Shown here: positions 35,352 to 47,224 of the stretch, piece by piece
Layout of the letters: every line of letters starts with the position of its first letter
Numbering within the stretch: position 1 is the stretch's first letter
NCBI RefSeq assembly: GCF_964188315.1
Contig: NC_135662.1
Span: forward strand, 7,564,001 to 7,628,000
Length of the DNA: 64,000 bases
Direction of reading: 5' to 3'
Source of the DNA: Podarcis muralis
Taxonomy: Eukaryota
Position numbers and translations under genes: made by a program
Notes under the pieces: model-generated
The model's database searches: none
Told to the model about the DNA's origin: nothing
The model's input: only the letters and a program-made list of their open reading frames with translations

Positions 35352-36356
35352 ATGTCTCACCAACCAAAGAAAGGGAGTGAGGAGTGAACCCCAGCAGATA
35401 GAAGAGGGTCATAGCAAAAATCAGATTTCAAAGCAGAAATATTAAAAATGTTTGCAGATATAAGGCAAAGTGAAAAGAACTTAGAAGCAAAATTAAAACA
35501 AGTAGATACGAGGATTGGCAAAATGGACAAAAAAATTGATGAAACAGTAAGCGAACTGAAAGGGCAAATAAAAGAGGTATCTAAGAGAACACAATCCCTG
35601 GAGGAAGGGATGAAGAAGACAAGAACGGAAATGAAGGAATTGAAGCAAGAGGAAGAGAAAACCAAATTGGGACTATCGGAAATTAACAAATCACAAGAAG
35701 AGATGTGGGATGCAATTGCCATGAGCGAACTGAGGCAGAGGGAAGTGAATTTAAGGTTGAGAGCTGTACCAGAGGTTCAAGGTGAGAAAATCAGAGAGAA
35801 ATTAATAACAGAGTTAGCACAATGGTTGGAGTTGCAAACCGAAGAAGTAGCAAAAACAGTACAGAACGCATTTAGGATGAGAGTAAGAACGACTAAATCA
35901 AGGAAACTTCCAGGAGATTGTTTAATTACCTTTAAGGATAGAGAAACGAGAAATTTGATACTTCAGAAAAATAGAGAAAAAAGATTAAATATAGATGGGA
36001 GCTATATAATTATCTTTAAAGATATTCCAATCAGATTATTGAAGCGAAGAGACCCATACAAACCACTGGTGCAAATCCTTAAGAAGAAAAAGATCGAATT
36101 TAAATGGGAATTCCCAGAGGGGATTTCTTTTGTTTATAAAAGCAAGAAGCATAGATTGACTAGTCCAGAGGAAACAGGCAAATTTCAGAGAAGATATAAG
36201 GAACTAACAGGAAGTAAGGAGCAGTAAGGAGAAGAAGTAAAAGGAGCAGTAGGAGGAGCCACGGGTGGGATAGATCTGGGAGAAAAGGAGGAAGAGAACG
36301 GGGAAAAGACAGACGAGGAACAAGAAGAAGAGGAAGAAGAAATCGACAAATTATAG
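35352..36356 (+). pseudogene. L1 ORF1 (coiled coil + RRM/CTD), disrupted
   Basis: ORF 35448-36227 with heptad-rich N-half and NLRLRAVPE..IFKD..RR C-half; stops near both ends. Confidence 0.8.
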
Positions 36357-39027
36357 AAATTACTTAATTTTAATTAGGATCATCATGGCATTAAAAATAT
36401 GGAATTGGAGCATAAATGGGATGAATGACAGGAGAAAACGGAATAAAATTGAACAATTTTTTAAAAGGAAGAATTTGGACATTATCTGTCTACAAGAGAC
36501 ACATGTGGCAAGAAGGCACAAAAAATTTGATTAATAAAAGACTTGGAAATGAATTTATATCTTCTGACAAAGGGAAGAAAAGAGGGGTAGTTTTATATAT
36601 AAGAAACAAAATTGAAGCCCAGCAAATTTTTAAGGATGAGGAAGGAAGAATCATTGCTGTTCAGATCAAATGGCAAGGCGAAAAATTAATAATTGTCGGG
36701 ATCTACGCACCTAATGGAAATAAGACTGATTTTTATAAAAATTTGGAAGAAAGATTGTTTGAATATATGGACCAAAAGATTATAGTAATGGGAGATATGA
36801 ATGGAGTACTGTCAACAGAGATGGATAGACTAAGAGATAAAGGAGTTAGCAAAGAAGGGAAACTACCTAAGACCTTTTTTTATGATGACAAAAACTGCAA
36901 TTTAATTGATATTTGGAGACATCCACTCGAGAAACAGTTTACTTTTTATTCGGAACCAAATCAGTCAATGTTGAGAATAGATCAAATTTGGGTTTCGAAT
37001 GAACTAACCCCAAGAATTCTACAAATCAATATCCAACCAAGAGTAATTTCAGATCACAGTCCAATAAAATTGGAGATTAAAAGCTATGAAGAAAGAACAT
37101 TTCGATGGAGATTGAATGACTACCTTCTAGATGACCAAAAAATTATTCAAGATGCACAAAAGAAGTTGACGGAATATTTTGTGGACAACTGTAATAAAGG
37201 CACTGTATTACTGTAATATTTTGTGTACAACTGTAATAAAGATGACTACAGTATGGGACGCAAGCAAGGGGTTAATGAGAGGATTCTTTATTCAACAAAA
37301 CTCAATCAAAAATAAGAATAGAGAGAAAAGAAAGAAAGAAATTTTAAAACAAATAATGGACAATGAGCAAAAATTAATTAAGAAACCAAATAATTCAAAA
37401 ATTAAAATATCAAAGCTCTACAAGCACAATTTGCAATGATAATAAATAAAGAGGTGGAGTGGAATATCAAAAAGTTAAGACAAAGAAAATTTGAATTTGC
37501 TAACAAATCAGGAAAATGGCTCGTGTGGCAGATTAAGAAAAGAAGGGAGCAAAATACAATCAACAAAATCATTGTGGAAGGAGAAGAAATAGACAATCCG
37601 AAAGGCATTAGAAAATGATTCTTGGATTTTTACAGACAATTATATAGAAGTAAAGGAAAGAATAATATGAGGAAAATTGAAAGATACTTAAAAGAAAAAG
37701 AGGTGCAAAAGATCCCGACAGAAAAGAAAGACAGACTGAATACCCCAATTGATAGTGAAGAGATAAAAGAAGTTATAAAAGAATTGAAGAAAGGAAAGGC
37801 CCCGGGACCAGATGGATTTAGGTCAAGTTACTACAAAGAATTGAAACATACTCTGACGGTACCACTGAAAGAGGTGATGAACAATATCTTGAAGGAAAAA
37901 GATATACCGGAAACTTGGAAAGAAGCCTTTATTACCTTTATTCCAAAACAAGACCCTGATTTAACACAAGTGAAAAATTTCAGGCCGATTTCACTGTTGA
38001 ACACAGATTACAAAATTTTTGCAGGAATATTAGCAAAAAGAATGAAGAAGGTATTACAAGAAATATCTGGCTGCCAGGAATGATAAACAAGCTATCTTGA
38101 TGTTTGTGGATGCCGAAAAGGCCTTTGACAATATATCATGGGAATTTATGTTAAAAAACTTTGAGTACATGGAGGTGAGGAATGATTTCTTTAATGGAAT
38201 AAAGGCAATTTACACGGAGCAAAGAGCAAAACTGATAGTAAATAATGTAATTACAGAAGAAGTGAAGATATCGAAGGGTACAAGACAGGGATGTCCTCTT
38301 TCACCTTTGTTGTTCATACTGGTCTTGGAAGTCTTTCTGAACTCAAGTAGACAAAATGAATCAATAAAAGGAGTGGCAGCAGGTCAGAACGAATATAAAG
38401 TCAAAGCCTTTGCTGATGATCTGGTAATAACGTTGGAAGATCCGATGAAAAGTATAAATGAAGTGCTGGAGGAGACTGAACAATTTGGTAATGTGGCAGG
38501 ATTTATACTAAATAAGAAAAAAAGCCAAAGTAATTGCAAAAAATATGGATCAAAGTGTGTTAGAAACATTGCAACAACAAACAGGGATTGAAGTGGCGAA
38601 AAAAATAAAATATTTGGGAATATGGTTAACCCCTAAAAATATTGATTTGTTTCAAAATAATTATACACCGGTATGGAATGGAATTGAAAAAGACCTGGAG
38701 GTGTGGGGAAGGATGAAACTATCTTTTTGGGGTAGAATTTAAAGGATTAAGATGTGTGTACTTCCAAAGATGTTATTTTTATTTCAAATGATTCCAATAA
38801 TTAAGGGGACAATGATCTTTAAAGAGTGGCATAGAATAATCTCAAGATATGTCTGGCAGGGCAAAAAGCCAAGAATTCAATTTAAGTTGTTAACAGATGT
38901 GAAGGAAAGAGAGGCTTTGCCCTGCCAGACTTCCAGTTACAGATAGGTAGCCGTGTTGGTCTGCCATAGTCAAAACAAAACAAAATCCTTCCAATAGCAC
39001 CTTAAAGACCAACTAAGTTAGTTCTTG

Positions 39028-39065
39028 GTATGAGCTTTCGTGTGCATGCACACTTCTTCAGATAC
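39028..39065 (-). ncRNA. Minimal type I hammerhead ribozyme motif (inverted-arm copy)
   Basis: Reverse complement of 41116-41153. Confidence 0.65.
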
Positions 39066-39444
39066 ACTGAAACAGAAGTTGCCAGATCCTTCTATATAGT
39101 GAGAAGGTGGGGAGGGGTATTACTCAGAAGGGTGGTGGGAATGGGTGATTGGCAGATAGCTGTGATGAGCCTGTTGACGACTCTTAACGACTGCGATAGG
39201 TCTTACAGGAAAAAGCAAGGGGTGAGAAGGTGAAAAATGGCTTTGTCATGTATAATGAGATAAGAATCCAATGTCTTTGTTCAGACCAGGTCTCTCCATG
39301 GTTTTAAGTTTGGTAATAAGTTGCAATTCAGCAGCTTCTCTTTCCAGTCTATTTCTGAAATTCCTTTGTAGTAAAACAGCTACTTTGAGATCTTGTATAG
39401 AATGTCCTGGGAGATTGAAGTGTTCTCCTACTGGTTTCTCTGTC

Positions 39445-40935
39445 TCCGGTTATATGGACTCTGTTCTGAAACCATATGCCATCAGTGCTCCCAGCTATGT
39501 ACGTGACACCACAGATTTTCTGAGGAAAATACAATTTTTAAATAATCTCCCCAACAATACTATACTAGCCACTATGGATGTGGAATCTCTGTATACCAAC
39601 ATCCCACATAACGATGGTTTACAAGCTATAAGGAACACCATTTCAGATAAAACCACAGCGGACTTTGCCACCAAACTCTGCCAATTTGTCCTTACCCACA
39701 ACAACTTCAAATTCGGTGATGACCTGTTCCTTCAGATCAGCGGCACAGCAATGGGCACCCGCATGGCCCCACAGTATGCCAACATCTTCATGGCAGATTT
39801 AGAACAACGTTTCCTAAACTCCTACCCACTCAAACCTCTCTTGTACCTGCGATACATTGACGATATTTTTATCAACTGGACACATGGTCAACAGACCCTG
39901 GACACCTTCCACCAGAAATTCAATGATTTTCACCCCACAATCAACCTAACAATGAATCAATCTATGCAAGAAATACATTTTTTGGACACTACTATAAAAA
40001 TACAGGATGGGCGCATAGACACCACCTTATACCGTAAACCAACTGACCGACAAACATATCTACATGCCTCTAGCTACCATCCCAAACATACCAAACAGTC
40101 CATTGTATATAGCCAGGCACTATGTTACAGCCGTATCTGTTCCAATTCTACAGACAGAGACTCTCACCTAAGAGATCTACAGCAAACCTTTTTAGAACTA
40201 AAATACCCAGCAGATGAAGTTAGACAACAGATCAACAGAGCCAGACTTATACCCAGAGAGAACTTGCTGCAAGACAGACCCAAAAAAGAAAATAACAGAA
40301 CACCTCTAGTCATCACATACAGCTCCCAAGTTAAAACAGTACAACGCATCATCAGAGATCTACAACCTCTCCTGGACAATGACAGTTCTCTTTCTCAAGC
40401 TCTGGGAGGAAGACCTTTCATTGCCTACAGACAGCCACCCAATCTTAAACAACTCCTAACCCACAATAATACTACAACCAGACTTAACATGGACACTGGC
40501 ACCAGAGCCTGCAATAAACCCAGATGCCAACTTTGCTGCCACATACACCCGGACAACACCATTACTGGCCCCAACAACATCACACATACCATCTCGGGAC
40601 TATTTAATTGCTCATCGTCTAACATTGTGTATGCCATCAAATGCCAACAGTGTCCTTCAGCTCTCTATATTGGACAAACAGGCCAAACCTTACGCCAAAG
40701 AATAAACGGACATAAATCTGACATCAAGAATCACAAGACAGAGAAACCAGTAGGAGAACACTTCAATCTCCCAGGACATTCTATACAAGATCTCAAAGTA
40801 GCTGTTTTACTACAAAGGAATTTCAGAAATAGACTGGAAAGAGAAGCTGCTGAATTGCAACTTATTACCAAACTTAAAACCATGGAGAGACCTGGTCTGA
40901 ACAAAGACATTGGATTCTTATCTCATTATACATGA
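39445..40935 (+). CDS. Penelope RT C-terminal part plus GIY-YIG endonuclease (5'-truncated, stop-free)
   Basis: TMDVESLYTNIP, GTAMGTRMAPQYANIFM, LRYIDDIF; Cys-rich linker CNKPRCQLC; NIVYAIKCQQCPSALYIGQT. Confidence 0.9.
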   Translation, partial: SGYMDSVLKPYAISAPSYVRDTTDFLRKIQFLNNLPNNTILATMDVESLYTNIPHNDGLQAIRNTISDKTTADFATKLCQFVLTHNNFKFGDDLFLQISGTAMGTRMAPQYANIFMADLEQRFLNSYPLKPLLYLRYIDDIFINWTHGQQTLDTFHQKFNDFHPTINLTMNQSMQEIHFLDTTIKIQDGRIDTTLYRKPTDRQTYLHASSYHPKHTKQSIVYSQALCYSRICSNSTDRDSHLRDLQQTFLELKYPADEVRQQINRARLIPRENLLQDRPKKENNRTPLVITYSSQVKTVQRIIRDLQPLLDNDSSLSQALGGRPFIAYRQPPNLKQLLTHNNTTTRLNMDTGTRACNKPRCQLCCHIHPDNTITGPNNITHTISGLFNCSSSNIVYAIKCQQCPSALYIGQTGQTLRQRINGHKSDIKNHKTEKPVGEHFNLPGHSIQDLKVAVLLQRNFRNRLEREAAELQLITKLKTMERPGLNKDIGFLSHYT

Positions 40936-41115
40936 CAAAGCCATTTTTCACCTTCTCACCCCTTGCTTTTTCCTGTAAGACCTATCACAGTCGTTAAGAG
41001 TCGTCAACAGGCTCATCACAGCTATCTGCCAATCACCCATTCCCACCACCCTTCTGAGTAATACCCTTCCCCACCTTCTCACTATATAGAAGGATCTGGC
41101 AACTTCTGTTTCAGT

Positions 41116-41153
41116 GTATCTGAAGAAGTGTGCATGCACACGAAAGCTCATAC
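41116..41153 (+). ncRNA. Minimal type I hammerhead ribozyme motif in the Penelope pLTR
   Basis: GUAU-CUGAAGA-A-GUGUGC AU GCACAC-GAA-AGCU-C-AUAC: stem I GUAU/AUAC, core, stem II hairpin, palindromic AGCU stem III. Confidence 0.7.
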
Positions 41154-43254
41154 CAAGAACTAACTTAGTTGGTCTTTAAGGTGCTACTGGAAGGAATTTT
41201 TTTTGTCCTGCCAGACTTGAAATTGTATTATGAAGCACGTGTCTGTTGGTTAAAAGAATGGATAAAATTAGAGAATACAAAATTGTTAGACTTAGAAGGA
41301 TTTGATAACAGATTTGGATGGCTCGCGTATTTATGGTTGGAGAAGAAGAAAAGTCATAAAGGTTTTGAGAACCACATCTTCCGGAGATTGTTAATTGAAG
41401 TATGGGATAGGTATAAAAACCTATTAGAACCAAAAGTGCCACACTGGTTGTCACCATTAGAGGTGATGTGTGTAAAGAAAATCAATATGAGAGGGAGTTG
41501 GATTACATATGGAGAACTGGTGACTAAAGAAGGAGGGAAATGGAAAATGAAGCCATATGAACAAGTTAAAAAATATGTATTTGATTGGTTGCATTATTTT
41601 CAAGTAAATGAAATGTTTAAAAAAGATCTTAAGGAGAATGGTTACATAGAAAAAGATTCAAAATTTCAAATTGAAATAATAAATAATGACTGTAAGATAT
41701 TGTCAAAAATGTATAAAATGTTGTTGGAATGGTATACGATGGATGAGGAAGTTAAGTCGGTGATGATACATTGGGCCAGGGACTTTGGTTACAATATACA
41801 ATTTGAAGACTGGGTTAAAGAATGGAATGAAAATATAAAATTTACAGCGTGCTTTCCACGTTAAAAGAAAATGTTATGAAAATGGTATATAGATGGTATA
41901 TTACACCGGTTAAGTTAGCGAAAATGTTTAAAACATGTAATAAGTGTTGGAAATGTAAAGAAAAAGAAGGAACTTTCTTTCATATGTGGTGGGAATGTAA
42001 GAAGGTGAAGGGTTTCTGGGAAATGATTTATAATGAATTGAAAAAGATGTTGAAATATACATTTGTAAAGAAACCAGAAGCCTTTCTCCTAGGAATAACA
42101 GGAAATGAAATAAATAGAAAGGATTGTAAACTTTTTCAATATGCAGTGACAACGGCGAGAATACTAAGGCCCAAAAATGGAAACAGGAGGAGCTACCGAC
42201 TCTAGAAGAATGGAGAATGAAAGTGATGGATTATGCAGAACTGGATAAACAAACTGGGAAAATCACATACCAAAGAGATCACAAATTTACTGAGGACTGG
42301 GGAAAATTTGCTGAGTATCTGAAAAGTATATGTGATGAACAAATAATGCTAGTGGGATTTAAAGAAGCTCTGTGAAAATTTAAGGAGTATTGCAAGAAAG
42401 AAAACAAGAGAGAAAGGATATCTTAAAAGGCAATATTAACTTTAGGGAATGTGTAACAAAAATTTTAAATCTGGATGATTGGCAGAGAAGCTGAAGGAAG
42501 TCCAAAAGGTGAAATTTGTGAAAATTGTTTGCTATGTTGTTATTGTATAAATTGTATGGAAAACTTAATAAAAATTATTATATAAAAAAATAGATTGCTG
42601 ACACTGACCAGCAGGGATATAGGCAGGAATCATTCCTGTCCCTACCTGGAGCTGCCACTGAGTAAATCCAGGACTTTCTGCACGCTAAGTCAAAGCTCTG
42701 GAGATGAGCAAAGCTCTGGAGATGAGCCCTCAACACACCTGCAAGCATAAAGTGCATATGTCTCTGGAGACTTTGATAAGTGTTTTATTTTTTTCTTTAT
42801 TTGTAATAGGTTCATTTCCTGAACACACAGGAGATTGCTGAAGTATCTAGACTGAGAAAAAAGAAACCTGCCCATGACTTATTGGAACACCAACTAGCGG
42901 ATATGAACATTTTAAGAGAATATGAATTAGCCCTACCCGGCAGAGACTGAATCTGGAATCTTCTGCATGCAAACCAATCAGCCTCAGATTTTGGATACAA
43001 AACTCTATATATAACTCTCTAACATACCTTGAACTGTGATTTCTATGCAAGGAAATGAGAGGTTATTATTTTGTTCCATTGCTTTTTCCCATGAAAACTT
43101 GCTGTTTACTGTAGTTTTGGGCCAAAGATCAAAAGGGTCTTTGAGGGACATTCAAAATCTTAGTGCTAGACCTTAAGCTACTAAGGCTATCAGGCACTGA
43201 GATCTCCAGAACTCATTCTTTCCTAGCCTGTCACTTGGAATCCCTATAATTATA

Positions 43255-44160
43255 TCCCCTGCTTCTGCAGGGTTTTCATCCTCTTTGAAAACATTCTGGA
43301 ATATGGCTTTCATGCTCTGCCTACACCTGCCTCTTTTCTGTCTTCCAACCAGGAAATAAATCAAAGGGTTAACACTGCTGTTCAGACAGCTGAGTATGAT
43401 GGCATATGGTGAGAAAAAAAGGAAGTACTAAATGAAGAACAAAAGAGGTGATGAAAAACAACATAAACAGTGATGAAAATGGCATTGAGTGGAAAAGAAA
43501 AAATGATGAAGAAGAGAGCAAGCAGGACTATAATTAGAAGTTTCCCCCTCCTCCTTTGGTGTGATTTAAAGCAGACCCTGGCAAAAAGGATCAGAGTGGA
43601 GACAGTCATGAGTGGGAGGCAAAGGAAGCCACTCACAATAAGCTGAATGTGCACTATGTTAGAAACATTTAAATCAGCCAGAAGGAGAGTGAAGTTAATT
43701 GCAAGGGGAATAGAAGAAAGTCCCCATATTGAGGAACAAACAGCAGTGGACATATTTGGTGGCCGGTGGCATCGATGCCACAGTGGGAAAAGGACAGCCA
43801 CACACCTATCAATGCTGATGGCTGTCAGCAGAAATTGACCAGTGGTGTACATAAATAGGAAAATCAATTTAAGCATGTAATCTTCAAGGTAAGTGAAGTA
43901 TTTTCTCACTATGAAACACATTCTATTAATCAACACAACTGTGAGTAAACCAAAGTCAGCTATGGAGAGGTTCAGGATGTAAGTGGTCGAAGGAGTCCTC
44001 TTAATGCAGAAGCCAAGCAGCCAGATAACAGTCCCATTTCCCAAAAGCCCCAAAATACTGATTAAAAAGCAAATATATAAACGTATAAACCGTCCTAATG
44101 TCAATCTTGAAACATTATCAGTAAAGCTATTGTTAGAGAGAACAGTTCCATTGTCCGTTC
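43255..44160 (-). pseudogene. MAS-related GPCR paralog 7, pseudogene
   Basis: Start codon and acceptor missing (junction at 44160), out-of-frame duplication after TM6 (~43445-43490), last codons replaced at ~43255. Confidence 0.9.
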
Positions 44161-44559
44161 AGAGAGTCACTATGATAGGTTTCCCATATTCCCCAAAGTG
44201 AAAATCCCTTGACATATGCCCTGGTATTCCTGGACATTTTGCCAATTTAGTGAAAATCCAGCAGGACATCATTATGCTGCCCAATACCCAGACGTGTGCA
44301 GGAAAATCTGGACATATGGCAGCCCTACTCTATGAAACTCATCGTCTTCCTTGGCATAAGTTCTCAGTTCCCTTTCCCTGTTAAGCCTGTAACCCAACCA
44401 AAATAGATCTTATTGAAATAACTGGCTAATATTTCCCTGTTAGCCTCACCTCCCATTCTTTCTTTGTTTGCTTCTCCATTGTTCAATTTTAGATTGAACA
44501 CAGCCTCTCCAATCCAACATGAATGCAATTCTTTTGTTCCCCTTTTCTATACATTTATG

Positions 44560-45110
44560 CAGGGGCAGAGGAAGGGTGTGTGTGGTAGGGGCAGTTCTCC
44601 CTGGGTGTCACCACTGAGGGGGGTGACAAAATGCCAGGTGGCACTCACCACGGGGCCTGCAGCATGCCTGAGCCACATGTCTCTGCTGGTAGTGACACGG
44701 TGGCTTGGGCACCCATAGGTTCCAGAGCCAGTGTGGTGTAGTGGTTAAGAGTGGTAGACTCATAATCTGGGTAACCAGCTTTGCGTCTCCACTCCTCCAC
44801 GTGCAGCTGCTGGGTGATCTTGGGCCAGTCACACTTCTCTGAAGTCTCTCAGCCCCACTCACCTCACAGAGTGTTTGTTGTGGGGAAGGAAGGGAAAGGA
44901 GAATGTTAGCCGCTTTGAGACTCCATCGGGTAGTGATAAAGCAGGATATCAAATCCAAACTCTTCTTCTTCTTCTCCACACTGCCCCAAACAGTCTGCCC
45001 GCCTCCTCCCCCTCAGCTGTAGGGCGGCTGAGTGGGAGGAGGCAGGCAGACTCCTTGGAAGCCCCACGGAGTGTCCTGCCCCAGTGCCCGGTAGGCTTGT
45101 TCTGCCGCTG
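44560..45110. mobile_element. hAT-type MITE with nested Squam3-like SINE (44724-44975), duplicate of 26544-27097
   Basis: Same TIRs, TSD and nested SINE. Confidence 0.75.
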
Positions 45111-45345
45111 CATCTATGAGAAGTTGCCTGTTGAGAAAAACTATCTGTATGTCAAAAGGCTACATTTTTAGTTCAGCAGGAAGCAGGGCTGTCACAAGAC
45201 TGTGTAGATACTCCATCTCCATTCTGTCTCTGTAAAGCTGTTTCGTGCAAAATGCTCGTGTGCCAAATGCATGCATGATTCTGCCACTGTGCCATGGCTC
45301 ACCTGCCACCCTTCCAAATGAAGTATGTTCACATACGTACTGTAC

Positions 45346-45373
45346 CTGTGAGAAGCTGTGGTTCAGATATCAT
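45346..45373 (-). other. Copy of upstream MRGPR coding exon (MISEPQLLT+G) whose downstream partner is pseudogene 7
   Basis: ATG ATA TCT GAA CCA CAG CTT CTC ACA G|gtacag. Confidence 0.55.
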
Positions 45374-46444
45374 GAGAAGGAGAAAGCAGGAATCACAGAG
45401 TTCTGTGCCGGGAAAAGTAGGAAATTAGAGGATTTGCAGGAATTCATGCAATTCCCAAGTCTGACCAAGCCGATTGCAAAATGTTCTGTAACCTGCCCTC
45501 TCCTCTTCATTTTTGCTTAATCAGCTTGCCAACATCTTGTGACAAGAAGAAACTGCATTTACTGGTGAACAAGATAGTCATCAACAAAATTAGGAGGAGG
45601 CTGTTGCCCTCTAAATCTCACGGTTGTAGAAAGTACTCTTGAGAAAAGCTGGTTTGCCAGTGTTAGGGATGGGGGAAGAAGCTAACACCTTTGTGACTTG
45701 ATTGGGAGTAATTCATTTATTGATTAAAACCATACCATCCTTCTATATTTCCATGCTCAATATGGTTAACAAAATTACAGATATACATGACAGTAGAAAA
45801 ACACATGGAATATTGCAGCCAATTTATATAACGATTAACTATAAGGGGCATGAGAAGTTGCTTCCGGAAATTGGTAATTCCCTTTAATTTTCCATCCACT
45901 CTGAGGAATTCATGGAGGGTGCAACTACATATCAGGTTCTTCTTCTGCTCTTATATTCACTTGCCTGGGTGTAGGTCAAATGGATCTCTTAAGTTTTCAC
46001 TGCAGAGTAGACGAGTACATGGTTTGCATGCTGTTATTTATTTGTGCTACTGGATGTGTATGGCTATATGTAGAAATTAAACATTATTCTTGGATTCAAT
46101 TAACTTTTGTTTTCTAGCTCCAGCTTAGAGCAGAACACGAAAAACAGGCAATGACACCACAAAACCTTTGAAGTGTCTGGAAGAGAAGACAGTTTTTCAA
46201 ACCTGTTTTTGTTGACAACAACCAATAATAGATTTTTTCCATACGTGAACAACAGAATAAACCCAAAAATATACATACAAGATTATTTCATATGTAAGTA
46301 GCAACGTAAGAGAAGAAGCTGTAGGGCCTGATGATACGTACACTTGAGAAAAGTTTCTTCCTAGTCATCAGGAAGCAGGAAGCAGCTAACAACTCTGTGA
46401 CTTGATCGAGTGATAATCATTTATTGATTACTAATAGCATAGTA

Positions 46445-46808
46445 AGGGACGCGGGTGGCGCTGTGGGTTAAAGCCTCAGCGCCTAGGGCTTGCCGATCGA
46501 AAGGTCGGCGGTTCGAATCCCCGTGGCGGGGTGCGCTCCCGTTGTTCGGTCCCAGCGCCTGCCAACCTAGCAGTTCGAAAGCACCCCTGGGTGCAAGTAG
46601 ATAAATAGGGACCGCTTACTAGCGGGAAGGTAAACAGCATTTCCGTGTGCGGCTCTGGCTTGGCAGAGCAGCGATGTCACGCTGGCCACGTGACCCGGAA
46701 GTGTCTTCGGACAGCGCTGGCCCCCGGCCTCTTGAGTGAGATGGGCGCACAACCCTAGAGTCTGACAAGACTGGCCCGTATGGGCAGGGGTACCTTTACC
46801 TTTACCTT
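46445..46808 (+). mobile_element. Sauria SINE, full length
   Basis: 13-bp TSD taatagcatagta at 46432-46444 and 46809-46821; empty site at ~29320. Confidence 0.95.
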
Positions 46809-47224
46809 TAATAGCATAGTATGCTTCTTTCTGTCCATTCTCAACCTGGTTAACATAATAATGTATATACAAAAAAGTACAAAAACACAGGGAATATTGC
46901 AACCAATGGATAAAGTAACGTAAGAGCCATGAGAAGTTTCTTCTAGAAATTGAGGGTTTCCAGCATATTTTTCCCCACTTCCACACGTCACCCCCTGCTA
47001 ACTACTCAAAACTCTGCCATTGTTTACAACCTCCACTTTCCTCATATCAGATTCCCTCAAGGATGCAGTGTCCTCAAATATACCATTGCTTGAAGGGATT
47101 TAACTCAAACTGCTGCTGTTGTTTACAATTGCCAATTTTTTCCTCTCATTTCCCCCCAATCCTGCTTTATACAAATGTCTGCTGTTCTTTGAAGTCACCA
47201 TTTCCCCCTTGAAAACTGGCTCTC

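Larger units (their letters stand above)
38933..41206 (+). mobile_element. Penelope-like element (Neptune-type), 5'-truncated, with ~470 bp inverted terminal arms
   Basis: 12-bp TSD cctgccagactt at 38921-38932 and 41207-41218; ~38976-39445 is the reverse complement of 40736-41206. Confidence 0.92.
36385..42375 (+). pseudogene. L1 ORF2 (APE endonuclease, RT, C-terminal Cys region), frameshifted and interrupted by Penelope
   Basis: GIYAPN, MGDMNG, RIDQIWVS, SDHSP, KAPGPDG, FRPISLLNTDYKI, DAEKAFD, GTRQGCPLSPLLF, FADD, CWKCKEKEGTFFHMWWEC across consecutive ORF pieces. Confidence 0.9.
33736..42590 (+). mobile_element. Full-length L1 LINE (~6.6 kb plus nested Penelope), decayed
   Basis: 15-bp TSD tagattgctgacact at 33721-33735 and 42591-42605; CpG-rich 5' end, ~1.6 kb 5' UTR, ORF1, ORF2, aataaa and poly(A); empty site at ~53115. 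Confidence 0.95.

Noticed and set aside
39271-39444. N-terminal 58 aa of the 554-aa ORF
   Set aside because: Antisense of the endonuclease end within the inverted arm, not a genuine Penelope N-terminus
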